From assembly GCA_963850305.1 (NCBI GenBank), contig CAWKKR010000008.1:1088001-1152000 (forward strand): a DNA stretch of 64,000 nucleotides, written 5' to 3'. Shown here in pieces: positions 11,418-21,328 of this stretch. This stretch comes from an uncultured delta proteobacterium. Its GTDB lineage: Bacteria > Myxococcota_A > Polyangia > Polyangiales > Polyangiaceae. The translations under genes and the position numbers were made by a program. The notes below the pieces were generated by a model. The model did no database searches and was not told where the DNA came from. It worked only from the letters and a program-made list of their open reading frames with translations. Each line of letters begins with the position of its first letter. The first letter of the stretch is position 1.

Positions 11418-11598
11418 GCCCGAGAGCCTCACTGATAATCGTTTCAGTAGCGAGATGCCCGAAGCCCGAAGCGGCAGGCTCGGCCGGATTCCGGTCGCCA
11501 ACTGCGAACCCTCGAGTGCGTGCCCTGCGCCCTGGAGGGCCGCCGCCGAATTCCTCTAGCTGGCCTGTCGCTTGGAAACTCCTGCTTCGGGCTTGCAT
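11412..11598 (+). ncRNA. long imperfect palindrome: candidate structured ncRNA (6S-like size) or MITE-like element
   Basis: 12-bp terminal inverted repeat ATGCAAGCCCGA/TCGGGCTTGCAT plus nested stems with G-U pairs on the + strand. Confidence 0.45.
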
Positions 11599-11614
11599 CG
11601 ATGAAGTCCAGACT

Positions 11615-11627
11615 TAGACAGTGTCTA
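11615..11627. promoter_or_regulatory. putative PerR/Fur-family operator
   Basis: Perfect dyad TAGACA-G-TGTCTA ending 2 nt before the fur-family ATG. Confidence 0.6.
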
Positions 11628-11629
11628 GT

Positions 11630-12085
11630 ATGGTGCTCGGGTCGCCCGACAGAGTCGCAGAAGGCAACCCTTCCGAGTTGCTGCGAAGGCATGGCATCCG
11701 GCCGTCGGCGCAGCGTCTCGCGGTCGCCGCATCTGTGTTGTTCACGGACGCGCATCCCTCCGCTGACGCAGTGTTCGAGGACGCCAGGTCCCGCCTGCCG
11801 ATGCTGTCGCGTGCGACCGTCTACAACACGCTGAACCTGTTCGTGGAGAAGGGACTCCTTCGCGCGCTGGATCTCGGCCCCGGTCGAATGGTGTTCGACC
11901 CGAAAGTCGATCGTCACCACCACTTCATCGACGAGGGCAGCGGGCGCATCCACGACATTCCGTGGACTGCAATCACCGTGGCGCGCGTCGAGTCGCTCGG
12001 AGGATTCGACGTGAGCGACTATCAGGTCGTGCTGCGAGGGCGAAAGCACCCCGAGAAAGCCAGATCGAACAAAAGGAGGCACTGA
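11630..12085 (+). CDS. Fur-family regulator (PerR/Irr-like)
   Basis: GIRPSAQR, HPSADAV, SRATVYNTL, HHHF; coupled to ahpC. Confidence 0.9.
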   Translation: MVLGSPDRVAEGNPSELLRRHGIRPSAQRLAVAASVLFTDAHPSADAVFEDARSRLPMLSRATVYNTLNLFVEKGLLRALDLGPGRMVFDPKVDRHHHFIDEGSGRIHDIPWTAITVARVESLGGFDVSDYQVVLRGRKHPEKARSNKRRH

Positions 12086-12624
12086 TGTTGACTGTTGCGA
12101 ATCGTTTTCCAGATTTTTCTCTACAAGCTGTCGTGAGTCGAGAACCCGGTAAGGAATTTTCGAGACTCACCCAGACGTCGTACCCCGGCAAATGGCTCGT
12201 CTTGTTCTTCTGGCCGATGGATTTCACGTTCGTCTGCCCGACGGAGATCGCCGAATTCGGGCGGCGTGCGAAGGATTTCGCCGATCGCGGCGCGCAGGTC
12301 CTCGGCGCAAGCACCGACACGGAATACGTGCACCTCGCGTGGCGTGAACACCATCCGGATCTGAAAAATCTCCCCTTCCCGATGCTCGCCGATACGAAGC
12401 GGGAGCTCTCGAACGCGCTGGGGATTCTGCATCCGGAGGCGGGCGTCGCGCTCCGAGCAACGTACCTCGTCGACCCAGCGGGCGTGATCCGGTTCGTCAG
12501 CGTGAACGATCTCGCCGTCGGACGCAGCGTGGACGAAGTCCTGCGGGGGCTCGATGCGCTCCAGACGGGCGAGCTTTGTCCCGTCAACTGGAACAAAGGC
12601 CAGAAGACCCTCTCCGCCGCGTGA
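12085..12624 (+). CDS. ahpC: peroxiredoxin, alkyl hydroperoxide reductase C
   Basis: FWPMDFTFVCPTE, GRSVDEVLR, ELCPVNW; AGGAGG RBS. Confidence 0.95.
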   Translation: MLTVANRFPDFSLQAVVSREPGKEFSRLTQTSYPGKWLVLFFWPMDFTFVCPTEIAEFGRRAKDFADRGAQVLGASTDTEYVHLAWREHHPDLKNLPFPMLADTKRELSNALGILHPEAGVALRATYLVDPAGVIRFVSVNDLAVGRSVDEVLRGLDALQTGELCPVNWNKGQKTLSAA

Positions 12625-12759
12625 GCTCGAGAAGCGGCCAGTCCACGCGGAGAAGAGTCGCGAGGTGCCGCCCGTCTCGCATCGCGAGACCTTCGAGATC
12701 GCGAGCTCGCGTTCGAGTGCTGTCGCAGGGTCCGGGGCTTTCGTGAGAGAGTCCCGCGC

Positions 12760-13572
12760 ATGAAGAAGGATGGAAAGGGGCGCACCGCGCTCGTCACGGG
12801 AGCGTCTGCGGGCATCGGGACGGCTCTCGCGAGGGTGTTCGCGAGGAATGGCTTCGACGTGGTGCTGACGGCTCGACGCGAGCACCGGCTCTCCGAAGTG
12901 GCGCGCGACCTGGAGAACGATTTCGGGGTGACGGCGTGCGTGATCGCGGCGGATCTCGCCGATCCAGGAGCTCCCGCCGCGCTGGCGTCGGACCTCGAGC
13001 GCCGGAAGATCGCGGTCGACGCGCTCGTCAACAACGCGGGCTACGGAGTCGCGGGCAGGTATCGGAACAGCCCGTGGGAAACACACGCCACCTTTCTTCG
13101 AGTGCTGGTGACGGCGGTTGCCGAACTGACGCACCGGTTCGAACCGGGCATGACTTCACGCGGGTACGGACGCATCATTAACGTCGCATCGCTTGCGGCT
13201 CTCGTTCCGGGTTCTGCCGGGCACACGCTATACGGCGCGTCGAAGGCGTTCCTCGTAAAATTCTCCGAGTCGCTGGCGCTCGAGCACCGGAAGGACGGGG
13301 TGCAGGTCTCCGCGCTGTGTCCGGGGTTCACGTACTCCGAGTTCCACGACGTGCTCGGGAATCGGAAGCTCGTCAGCCGGCTGCCCAAGTATATGTGGAT
13401 GGACGCGGAGACGGTGGCGCGCGAGGGCTACGACGCGGTGATGGCGGGACGCGTCCTGTGCGTGCCAGGCGTCGTGAATCAGACGATCGCCTCGGTCACG
13501 CGGCTGATTCCCGAACCGCTCGCGCTCCGATTGATGCAAGCGCAAGCAGCGCGGATCCGCGTCGCGGACTGA
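12760..13572 (+). CDS. short-chain dehydrogenase/reductase
   Basis: TGASAGIG, NNAG, YGASK. Confidence 0.93.
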   Translation: MKKDGKGRTALVTGASAGIGTALARVFARNGFDVVLTARREHRLSEVARDLENDFGVTACVIAADLADPGAPAALASDLERRKIAVDALVNNAGYGVAGRYRNSPWETHATFLRVLVTAVAELTHRFEPGMTSRGYGRIINVASLAALVPGSAGHTLYGASKAFLVKFSESLALEHRKDGVQVSALCPGFTYSEFHDVLGNRKLVSRLPKYMWMDAETVAREGYDAVMAGRVLCVPGVVNQTIASVTRLIPEPLALRLMQAQAARIRVAD

Positions 13573-13669
13573 GGGTCGCGGACGCACCGGAGGCGCCGCG
13601 GCCCACGCCCTGCAGGGCTGACTTTCCCGACGGACGCCTCGGGGGAACGCTTCTTGCTGCACCCTGGGG

Positions 13670-14569
13670 ATGGCGCATGCGCATCCGAAGGCGTTCGCCG
13701 CGCTGTGCGGCTTCGCCGCAGCGTTCATCGTCGCCGGGGCGAACGCTCAGACGCCGTCGGCCGCTGGGCCCGGGCCCGCCACGGCGACCCCGTCTGCCGT
13801 GGGGAATCCGCCAGATGCGCTCGCAGCGAGTGCTTTGCTGGAGAGCCTGTCGGCCGCGTCGTACGCGCGTGCCGCGTCGGCCTACTCCCTCTGGTGGGCC
13901 GCAAGCGCGGCGGAGAGCCGCGCCCGGGCGACGAGCGCCGAGACAATACCAAACCCAGCCGAGCCAGCCGCGCCGCCGAGCCCGCCACCGGCCGACATCT
14001 GGTATTCGAACAGCACGGATCCCGTGACGCCGTCGGCCGGACACCACTTCGGCATTTCGTACTACTCGAACACTGCGGACCCGAATCCGTACCGAGCCGA
14101 AACCGCGGGCAGCTTCGTGCCGAATCCGACGCCGCCCGCACCGACGGAAACGGAGGAACCTCCACCAGCGCCGTCGAGCGCTCCGAGCACCGCAGTGTCC
14201 GCCACGCCTCCGCCCACGGCCCCTTCAGCCGCCGCGCCGCTGCCCGCCGCTTCCACGACGGCAACGCCATCTCCGCCCGAAACGAATTCGAACACGAAGG
14301 CGCCGAGCGTCCCCACGTCACATCCCGCCGCGTCGAGCTCGACTCGAACGGCGGAACCCACACCGGTGACCGGGACGGCAAAAAACCCACGCCCGTCTCG
14401 GGTGTTGCGCCAGCTCGACGAAGGCTACGAAAATGTGAATCGGGTCCTCGTCGGCGTGACCGTGCTCACCGTGTTCGTCTTGACCGCGTGCGTACTCGCG
14501 GCGGCGGCAACGTTCGTCGCGGGCTTCGTGCTCCGGACGAAATGGCACGAACTGCGCGAGCGGAAGTGA
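13670..14569 (+). CDS. exported Pro/Ala/Thr-rich protein with C-terminal TM anchor
   Basis: Signal-peptide-like N-terminus, low-complexity core, hydrophobic C-terminal helix. Confidence 0.65.
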   Translation: MAHAHPKAFAALCGFAAAFIVAGANAQTPSAAGPGPATATPSAVGNPPDALAASALLESLSAASYARAASAYSLWWAASAAESRARATSAETIPNPAEPAAPPSPPPADIWYSNSTDPVTPSAGHHFGISYYSNTADPNPYRAETAGSFVPNPTPPAPTETEEPPPAPSSAPSTAVSATPPPTAPSAAAPLPAASTTATPSPPETNSNTKAPSVPTSHPAASSSTRTAEPTPVTGTAKNPRPSRVLRQLDEGYENVNRVLVGVTVLTVFVLTACVLAAAATFVAGFVLRTKWHELRERK

Positions 14570-14753
14570 ACGGGATCGCCGTCGGGGCGAGGGCGCGGCG
14601 CGCGGGCCGTGAATTCCCTCGCGAGGATTCGGGACGCCATGCTGTTCGGTCGCGCCGACGGCCGACGGCGGCCGGCGTGTTTCGCGAGAAAAAATAGCGC
14701 CGTCGGGGAAGCCGAGCGACGACGGATTTCACGCGATGTAAGCTCACGCTCTC

Positions 14754-15158
14754 GTGTCACCCCGCTGGATCTTCGATGATAGCCGCTCTCCGTTGATCGT
14801 GCTCCGCCTGCCGTCAGGGACCCAGGAGCCACCGGACCTTCCGGCGTTGTTCCGTGACGTGGAAGCGCTGTTCGAGACCAAGGGGCGTTACGTCGTGGTT
14901 CAGGACCTGACGTACGCGAACCCGGATGCCGGGCGACGGCGCATGACGGTCGACTGGCTCAAGCGAAATGCGGATCCCATCCGTGACCATATCGTTGCGC
15001 TCGGACTAGTCGCGCCAACCGCGGTCCAGCGCGGGCTCATCGTCGCGCTGAAGTGGTTCGTGACGCCCCTCATTCCGTTCGAGGGGTTCCCGGATTTTCG
15101 GTCCGCCCTCGAGTGGTCGAAAGAGAAAGCGCGCAACGCGGGGCTCGTCGTCAGATGA
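14754..15158 (+). CDS. STAS/SEC14-like domain protein
   Basis: 134 aa, YVVVQDL...ALGLVAPT...F..FRSALEW pattern. Confidence 0.6.
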   Translation: MSPRWIFDDSRSPLIVLRLPSGTQEPPDLPALFRDVEALFETKGRYVVVQDLTYANPDAGRRRMTVDWLKRNADPIRDHIVALGLVAPTAVQRGLIVALKWFVTPLIPFEGFPDFRSALEWSKEKARNAGLVVR

Positions 15159-15448
15159 CGACGACGGCGGCGTTCGCCGTCGGAGTCCTCGGCACGACGC
15201 CGTCAATCGCTGCTCGCTGGTGCTTGCCCGTCGTGGGACGGACAACGCACGTCAGGCGCAGCTTCTCCTCGACCTCGGCCTTCGACTCGACCGTCCGGTG
15301 AGCGACCTTCTTCGGCGTGAACCCGAAGGAGGCGAACTCGGACTGGTCTCTCCGCAGCAAGCTCACGACCGCGAGGATCTCGTCGAGGACGGGCGTGATG
15401 TCGTCGCGAGCGGATGCGTCCGTGCCCAGGATGCACGGCCGGGGTCAT
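15151..15448 (-). pseudogene. small hypothetical CDS, possibly frameshifted just after the start
   Basis: ATG overlapping the MMPL stop is one base out of frame with an open coding-like frame (RPCILGTDASARDDITPVLDEIL...). Confidence 0.35.
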
Positions 15449-17976
15449 TGGCGAGCGACGGGGCGCCTGCGCTCGATCAACCGCAGAATGGCCGGCAGAA
15501 CCACCATCACCGATGCAATGCAGCTCAGCTCGCCAATCACGGCCACCTTCCCGAAACTGCGGACCGCGGAGTTCACGGACTGCATCAACGCCGCGTATCC
15601 CAGCACGGTGGTCAAGCTGCAAAGAACGATGGCCCCGCCGGTCTCGCGCACGATGGTTGGCACCTTCCCCGCGCCCTCGACACGCCACCGATGCACCATG
15701 TTGATGGAGTAATCGACGCCGATCCCGAGGGTGATGGGGATGGCGATGAAGTTCAGAAAATTGATCTTGATCCCCAGCCACCAGAGCATCCCGCCCATCC
15801 AGCTGAGGCCCATCGCGAGGGCACCGAAAACCAACCCGATGGCGCGCCAGCCATTCTTGCGGCGGATGAATGTGAGGATCACGACGAGGGCCGTCCCGAT
15901 ACCGGCGAAGAAGATGGCCTTGGGCGACTCCTCCGCGACGCTCGAGAGCATGTCGGCGAAAATGACGGCACGCCCGCTCCCATGAATGACCTCACCGGAG
16001 GGCAACTCGACGACCCGGTAAGCGTTCGCCCATCTGAGGAGATAGTGCAGGTTGCGGACGCTCTGCCCCTCCGTGGGTGCGACGTAGACGATGCGACCAC
16101 GCGTGCCGTCGCGCTCGGTGAATGGGCGCGCTACTTGCTCGGGTAGGTCTGCGATCCCAAAAGGCTTGGTATTCCTCGGCGGGAGGTACGACTCGATGTC
16201 GGTCCAGTCTTTGTCGCTCAGCTTGCCCAGGTTCCGGATCCGCTCGAGTCTCTTGCGAGTTTGGCTCAGTAGCGCGAGCTTTTCTTCCTGGTGCTCCGGG
16301 ATCAGATTGTAGATGGAGACGACCTTGTCGAAGGGTGGGGATTTCCCCGCCGCTGACCTTCGACGTTCGAGCTCGGCCACGAGCGGTTTTACCTGATCGA
16401 TCCGATCGGTCATGACCGCCATGCCATCTTGACCCGCGCGGCCCGTGATGTTCGTCATCCCTCTCCCCAGGCGCGTCGCCTCGCTCTGCACGGAAGACGA
16501 GTCGTTCTCGAGCTGGCCGAGATCGTATTCGATCGGATCATTGGCCAGATAGCGACTGATCGCCCAGACGCCGCCCAGGCTGAGCAGGAGTCCCGACGCG
16601 GCAACCCACCTCGCAGGGGAGTGCTTCGACACCCAGGCGAACGGTGCCCCGAAGGGCACCCCGCGATCCGCTGTGCGCTTGAGCCAGCCGAGGATCCCCG
16701 GCTTCGTCGTGTGCAGGTCCAGGGGCAAAAAGCGCTCGAAGACCACCATGAGTGGTGGCATGAGCAGGTAGTTCGCGGCCCAGCAGAGGAGCATGCCGTA
16801 GCCACCGATACGGCCGAAATCACGGAACCCGCGGAAATCCGTGAGCGCCAGGGAACCGTAACCCGCGCCTGCGGCAGCCGCCACGGCCAGGGTCGGAACG
16901 AATGTGTCTCGGAGGCTCGCCTTCAAGGCGTCCGCAGTACTCTCACCGGCGCGACGCGCTTCCATGTAGCGGGCGCGCAAGAGGACCCCGAAGTTCAGCC
17001 CGTTACCGAAGATGATCGAGACCAGAAAGCCACTGGCCGTATTGAGCTGCCCGATTGCAAACTCGGTGATGGCAAACGTCCAGAGCAGGCCAGTACCAAT
17101 CGCAAGGGCCATGGTGATTACGGCGCGAAGCCGCAGGAAGAACAGGAAATCGACGATCAAGATCATGGCCACTCCTGCCACGCCGACCGAGACTAGGTCT
17201 TTCTTCACTGCTCCGTATTGCTCGGCAAACGTCACCACGTCACCGGTGAACCCCGTGGTGATCGAAGGACCGAACCGCTTCGGATCGACCTCATCGATGA
17301 TGGTCTTGACGCGGCGCTGCAGCTCCTTCGTGCGTTTGAGATCCCCCTGAGAAATCGGGGTACGCACCATCACGACGATCCGAGTCTGCTCGGGGTTCAT
17401 GTAGTAGCCGTCGGGATAGGGTGGTGCACCCTTCGTATTCTTGGCTTTCTCGTCCTCGAACTCCTTGACGACCGAATCCCGGGTGATGGGTTTGCTGTCG
17501 TCGTCATCGACGACGTTGCCCCACACCGCGGTTTGAAAGGCCTCCTCCACCCGGTCGTGGATCTCCTGAACCTTCGCGAGCGGAAGGTAGAGGGCCTGCC
17601 GCTGCTCGAGGAATTCCTGCTGCGCTCGAACGCCGTTCTCCGCCGTGCCCACCCACTCCGGGCCGAGCGCGCGTAGCGGCGGAAGCAGCGCATCGGAGAA
17701 CCGCTCCAGCGCGAGCTTGTCCGCCCCGTCGATGACGATCGCCAGGTTCGCAACACCCGCGGTCCGCTTGGACACGCGTTTCAGTTCGATGACGCTGGGC
17801 TTGTTGTCCGGAAGAAGCGAGTCGAACCCAGTCTTCAAGTCGAGCTGTCTGGCGAAGTAAAGCGAGGGAACGGCGAGCAGTGCCGCAGTGAGGATGAACC
17901 ACCAGGGTCGGCGTGTTTGCGCACTGACCAATCGCTCTACGAAACGACCTAGCGGAGAAGCATCGACGGATGACAC
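15445..17976 (-). CDS. MMPL/RND family transporter
   Basis: Two repeats of TM - large loop - TM bundle; GIGVDYSI motif. Confidence 0.92.
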   Translation of the reverse strand: MSSVDASPLGRFVERLVSAQTRRPWWFILTAALLAVPSLYFARQLDLKTGFDSLLPDNKPSVIELKRVSKRTAGVANLAIVIDGADKLALERFSDALLPPLRALGPEWVGTAENGVRAQQEFLEQRQALYLPLAKVQEIHDRVEEAFQTAVWGNVVDDDDSKPITRDSVVKEFEDEKAKNTKGAPPYPDGYYMNPEQTRIVVMVRTPISQGDLKRTKELQRRVKTIIDEVDPKRFGPSITTGFTGDVVTFAEQYGAVKKDLVSVGVAGVAMILIVDFLFFLRLRAVITMALAIGTGLLWTFAITEFAIGQLNTASGFLVSIIFGNGLNFGVLLRARYMEARRAGESTADALKASLRDTFVPTLAVAAAAGAGYGSLALTDFRGFRDFGRIGGYGMLLCWAANYLLMPPLMVVFERFLPLDLHTTKPGILGWLKRTADRGVPFGAPFAWVSKHSPARWVAASGLLLSLGGVWAISRYLANDPIEYDLGQLENDSSSVQSEATRLGRGMTNITGRAGQDGMAVMTDRIDQVKPLVAELERRRSAAGKSPPFDKVVSIYNLIPEHQEEKLALLSQTRKRLERIRNLGKLSDKDWTDIESYLPPRNTKPFGIADLPEQVARPFTERDGTRGRIVYVAPTEGQSVRNLHYLLRWANAYRVVELPSGEVIHGSGRAVIFADMLSSVAEESPKAIFFAGIGTALVVILTFIRRKNGWRAIGLVFGALAMGLSWMGGMLWWLGIKINFLNFIAIPITLGIGVDYSINMVHRWRVEGAGKVPTIVRETGGAIVLCSLTTVLGYAALMQSVNSAVRSFGKVAVIGELSCIASVMVVLPAILRLIERRRPVARQ

Positions 17977-18177
17977 CGAACGGCCTCCCGTCCGTTGAAG
18001 GACCGTTCGAAAGCGAACGTAGCAGTTGCATAGACCATCGAGCTAAAGGTCACCAGAACGTTCGCCCCGCCCAGATTGACGCGCACGGAGAACGGACCGA
18101 GCGTGCCGGTCTCCTAACCAGGGGCTCGCCAGGCGCCAAAGGTTCGGCCTGGAATCGATATCGAGATCGGGAAGTCC

Positions 18178-19755
18178 ATGACTTCGGGTACGTCCGAGAC
18201 AATCGAATCGCGATTGAAAACTCAGCACCGAACGTGGCTTCTCGTCGGGCTCGTGGTCACCCTGATTCACGCGCCGCTCTTGAACAAGCCCTTCGTGGAT
18301 TCCGACGAAGCGGTCTACGCGTCCATCGCCGCATTGACGAACAGCGTGGGCCATCTGTATGCGGAAGGCGGCGTCGACAACAAGTTCCCCGGGATCTACT
18401 GGATCTACGCCGCCGTATTTCGTGTCTTCGGACGGTATTCGATGAACGCGGTCCACGTGCTCACGATTCTCGTCGTGCTCGCAACCTGTGGGGTGCTGGG
18501 CAGGATCGTGTACCGCATCGGAAATGGGTCAGCGGTGTGGGCGGTAGCGCTCTTCTATGGGATCGCGACGACGCTCTATACGCCGAAGATGCTCGCGGCG
18601 AACACGGAGGTCTTCGCGATGCTACCCATTTCTGTCGCGGTGCTCCTCGTTCTGCCCGATGTCTCGTGGCCCCGCCCTGGGTTCTTGCCCATGTATCTCG
18701 CGGGTGTGCTGATCGGAGCAGCCACCTTGGTCCGCCAGCTTGCGGCGCCGAACCTTCTCGTGATCTGCACCGTGCCCCTCTTCTGGCGGGAAACGGGCTG
18801 GCCAAGGAGGCTCGCCTCTTCGTTGATCGCTGCGCTCGGCTTTGCCACGATGGCCGGGCTTCTCGCGTACTTCTTTTTTCAGCAAGGCACGCTGCGAGAT
18901 TTCTGGTTCTGGACCGTTTCCGTCGTGGTCCAGCGCTATCTGCCTGACGGCTGGCACTATACCCCGCCGCTTCATCAGCTCGGAATGTTGGCCGAGACGG
19001 TGGTCTTCTGGACGCTGGTCGTGCTCCGAGCGCGCAGGTGGCGCGAGCTCTCCCTCTCGGAGAGAGCAATCTGGGGTTGGTTGGTGCTCAGTCTGGCAAT
19101 CGTGATCTTTCCCGGGCGCTTCCACCCTCACTACGCAATTCAGGCGTTCGCACCGCTCGCGATCTTGTCGGCAATGGAATTCGGAAAACGTCTCGAGGAG
19201 GCTCGCGGCCCCGAGGACTTTCGCCTCATTCGGTGGAGCGCCGGCTTGCTCGGCGCGCTGACGGTCGTATTCGGCACCATCGCCATCTTCTGGGAGCCCT
19301 TCGCGGAGCCGAGCCATTTCAGTCGAACCACGCCGCTCTATCTGCAGGTGGCGCGTTACATCCGCGAGACGACATCGACCAACGACCGAATCTTCGTCTG
19401 GGGCGCCTATACGCCGATCTACGTCATGTCGGACCGCTTGCCTGCATCGCGCTTCGTCGCTTTCAAGCGAGGATGCGGCCGGGATGTTCGCAGTCCCTTC
19501 GCGGACTGCTGGGATTCTGGCCCCGAAATGTGGCCCCTCTTGACGCAAGACCTGGCGGCAAGCGCGCCCGCACTGATCGTGGACACGTCGCCAGCCAACC
19601 TGGGCGACTTCGCGCCGTATCCGATCAAAGACTTCGCCCTGCTGCGGGAGCTTTTGGCGACGCGGTACTCCAGCGAACGAACGATCGGTGGGGTGGTCAT
19701 CTATCGGCGCACCTCGCCTGGCGCGCACGCAGCGCACCCCGTTTCAACAGGGTAG
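18178..19755 (+). CDS. membrane glycosyltransferase, ArnT/GT-C type
   Basis: DSDEAVY, DNKFPGIYW, many TM helices. Confidence 0.82.
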   Translation: MTSGTSETIESRLKTQHRTWLLVGLVVTLIHAPLLNKPFVDSDEAVYASIAALTNSVGHLYAEGGVDNKFPGIYWIYAAVFRVFGRYSMNAVHVLTILVVLATCGVLGRIVYRIGNGSAVWAVALFYGIATTLYTPKMLAANTEVFAMLPISVAVLLVLPDVSWPRPGFLPMYLAGVLIGAATLVRQLAAPNLLVICTVPLFWRETGWPRRLASSLIAALGFATMAGLLAYFFFQQGTLRDFWFWTVSVVVQRYLPDGWHYTPPLHQLGMLAETVVFWTLVVLRARRWRELSLSERAIWGWLVLSLAIVIFPGRFHPHYAIQAFAPLAILSAMEFGKRLEEARGPEDFRLIRWSAGLLGALTVVFGTIAIFWEPFAEPSHFSRTTPLYLQVARYIRETTSTNDRIFVWGAYTPIYVMSDRLPASRFVAFKRGCGRDVRSPFADCWDSGPEMWPLLTQDLAASAPALIVDTSPANLGDFAPYPIKDFALLRELLATRYSSERTIGGVVIYRRTSPGAHAAHPVSTG

Positions 19756-19965
19756 CCCCACGGACCAAGCGTATTTTTCACGAGTCGACCGAAAAGACGC
19801 CATAATATCGTCCATGGCGAAGCGAGAGCACGGGGACCCATCCGCGGCTCGTTTCGGTCGAGACGACCAATCACTGCAACGCGAAGTGTGTGTTCCGTCA
19901 GAACAATCGGGACGCAACCGTTGCCGCGAGGGCGCGAAACCGCGCGAGCGCAGGCTGATCGACGT

Positions 19966-21141
19966 ATGCGAATCGCTCTCGTGAGCCCATATCCGCCGAG
20001 GCGGTGTGCGATCGGATTGTACACGCAAAACCTTGCGCGCGCGCTCGCTGCGCGATCGGACGTGGATCGGACTCACGTGGTCGCCGAAGAGGGCGCGGCG
20101 TCGGAGGGCGACCCGGGATCACGGCTCGTCGCCGTGCCGACGTACCGCCGGGGCGACGACTACGTGAAAGACATTCTCAGGGGCGTTACCTTCGCGAAAG
20201 CCGACGTGTGCCACGTTCAGTATGCGCCGGATCTGTTCGGCGAAGATCGCCGCTTGCCGTCGTTACTGAGCGAACTCGAAGCTGGCGGTGTGACGACCGT
20301 GGTGACTCTCCACACCGTGTTCGGTCCGCGTCGTTTTCGTCGGTTGCTCGGAAAGTCGAGCACCCAATCGTTCCACCGTGCGCTCGCCCGCCACGCGAAT
20401 CGCTTCATCGTTCACCATGAGGACGGCAGCGCCGACAAGCTCGTGGCTCAAGGCATCCCTCGGCAACAAATCGCGGTCATCCCTCACGGCACTCCGACGC
20501 CAACGCTGCCCGATCGGGCCGGGGCGCGGCGTCGCATGAATCTGCCGGAAGACGCATTCGTCTTCACGTTCTTCGGCTTCATTCACCGATACAAGAACGT
20601 CCACACGCTCATCGAGGCATTCTCGAGCGTCGCACGCGCGCATCCCGAAGCGCGACTCGTCGTCGCGGGAATGCCCTGGGGTGATCGCTGGTACAATCAT
20701 CTTTACGTCGGCATGCTGAAGGCGCGCATCCTGTCCCTCGGTCTTCGAGATCGCGTCGAGGTGAGGGATCGGTACCTGCCGGCGGAGGCGGTACCTGATC
20801 TATACGCGGCGACGGACGTCGTGCTGCTGCCGCACAAGCAAAGCTATGGCTCGGCGAGCGGCGTGTTTCACCAGGCCATCGGCATGGGCCGACCCGTCAT
20901 CTGCGCGGTCGGGCCGAAGTTCGCGGACGCCAGCCGCCTGTTACCCCGCGAATTCTCCGTTCCGAGCGGCGATATCCGAGCCTGGTCTCGCGTCATGATC
21001 AGCGTGATCGACGAGCCGTCGCTACTTACCGAGGGCCGCGAGGGCGTTTCGCGTTACGTCGAAGCGAGCGCGTGGCCCGTCGTCGCGGCAGCGCACCACG
21101 ACCTGTACGAAGACGCGCGGATCACGTCGAAACGCGGCTGA
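19966..21141 (+). CDS. glycosyltransferase family 4
   Basis: MRIALVSPYPP, VTLH, IPHG, FFGFIHRYK, SGVFHQA. Confidence 0.9.
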   Translation: MRIALVSPYPPRRCAIGLYTQNLARALAARSDVDRTHVVAEEGAASEGDPGSRLVAVPTYRRGDDYVKDILRGVTFAKADVCHVQYAPDLFGEDRRLPSLLSELEAGGVTTVVTLHTVFGPRRFRRLLGKSSTQSFHRALARHANRFIVHHEDGSADKLVAQGIPRQQIAVIPHGTPTPTLPDRAGARRRMNLPEDAFVFTFFGFIHRYKNVHTLIEAFSSVARAHPEARLVVAGMPWGDRWYNHLYVGMLKARILSLGLRDRVEVRDRYLPAEAVPDLYAATDVVLLPHKQSYGSASGVFHQAIGMGRPVICAVGPKFADASRLLPREFSVPSGDIRAWSRVMISVIDEPSLLTEGREGVSRYVEASAWPVVAAAHHDLYEDARITSKRG

Positions 21142-21328
21142 AGGTTACCGCCCGTGGTGTGATCTGCTCCGCGTCCCGTTCACTCGAGCCGCAACCCGGG
21201 GAGCGGCGCGAGCGCCCTTGCCCACGACGCGGAGTTCCACCGGGCTGGCTGAACGAGATTCAGCAACTGCCCGGCCCCCGCGCCGCGGGCGGGGGTCCGT
21301 CACCCAGCCAGCGTTGCTCACCGATAGT

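Noticed and set aside
11433..11446. Fur box TGATAATCGTTTCA
   Set aside because: Spacing is one base short of the 7-1-7 consensus and it lies inside a hairpin of the larger palindrome; not supportable alone
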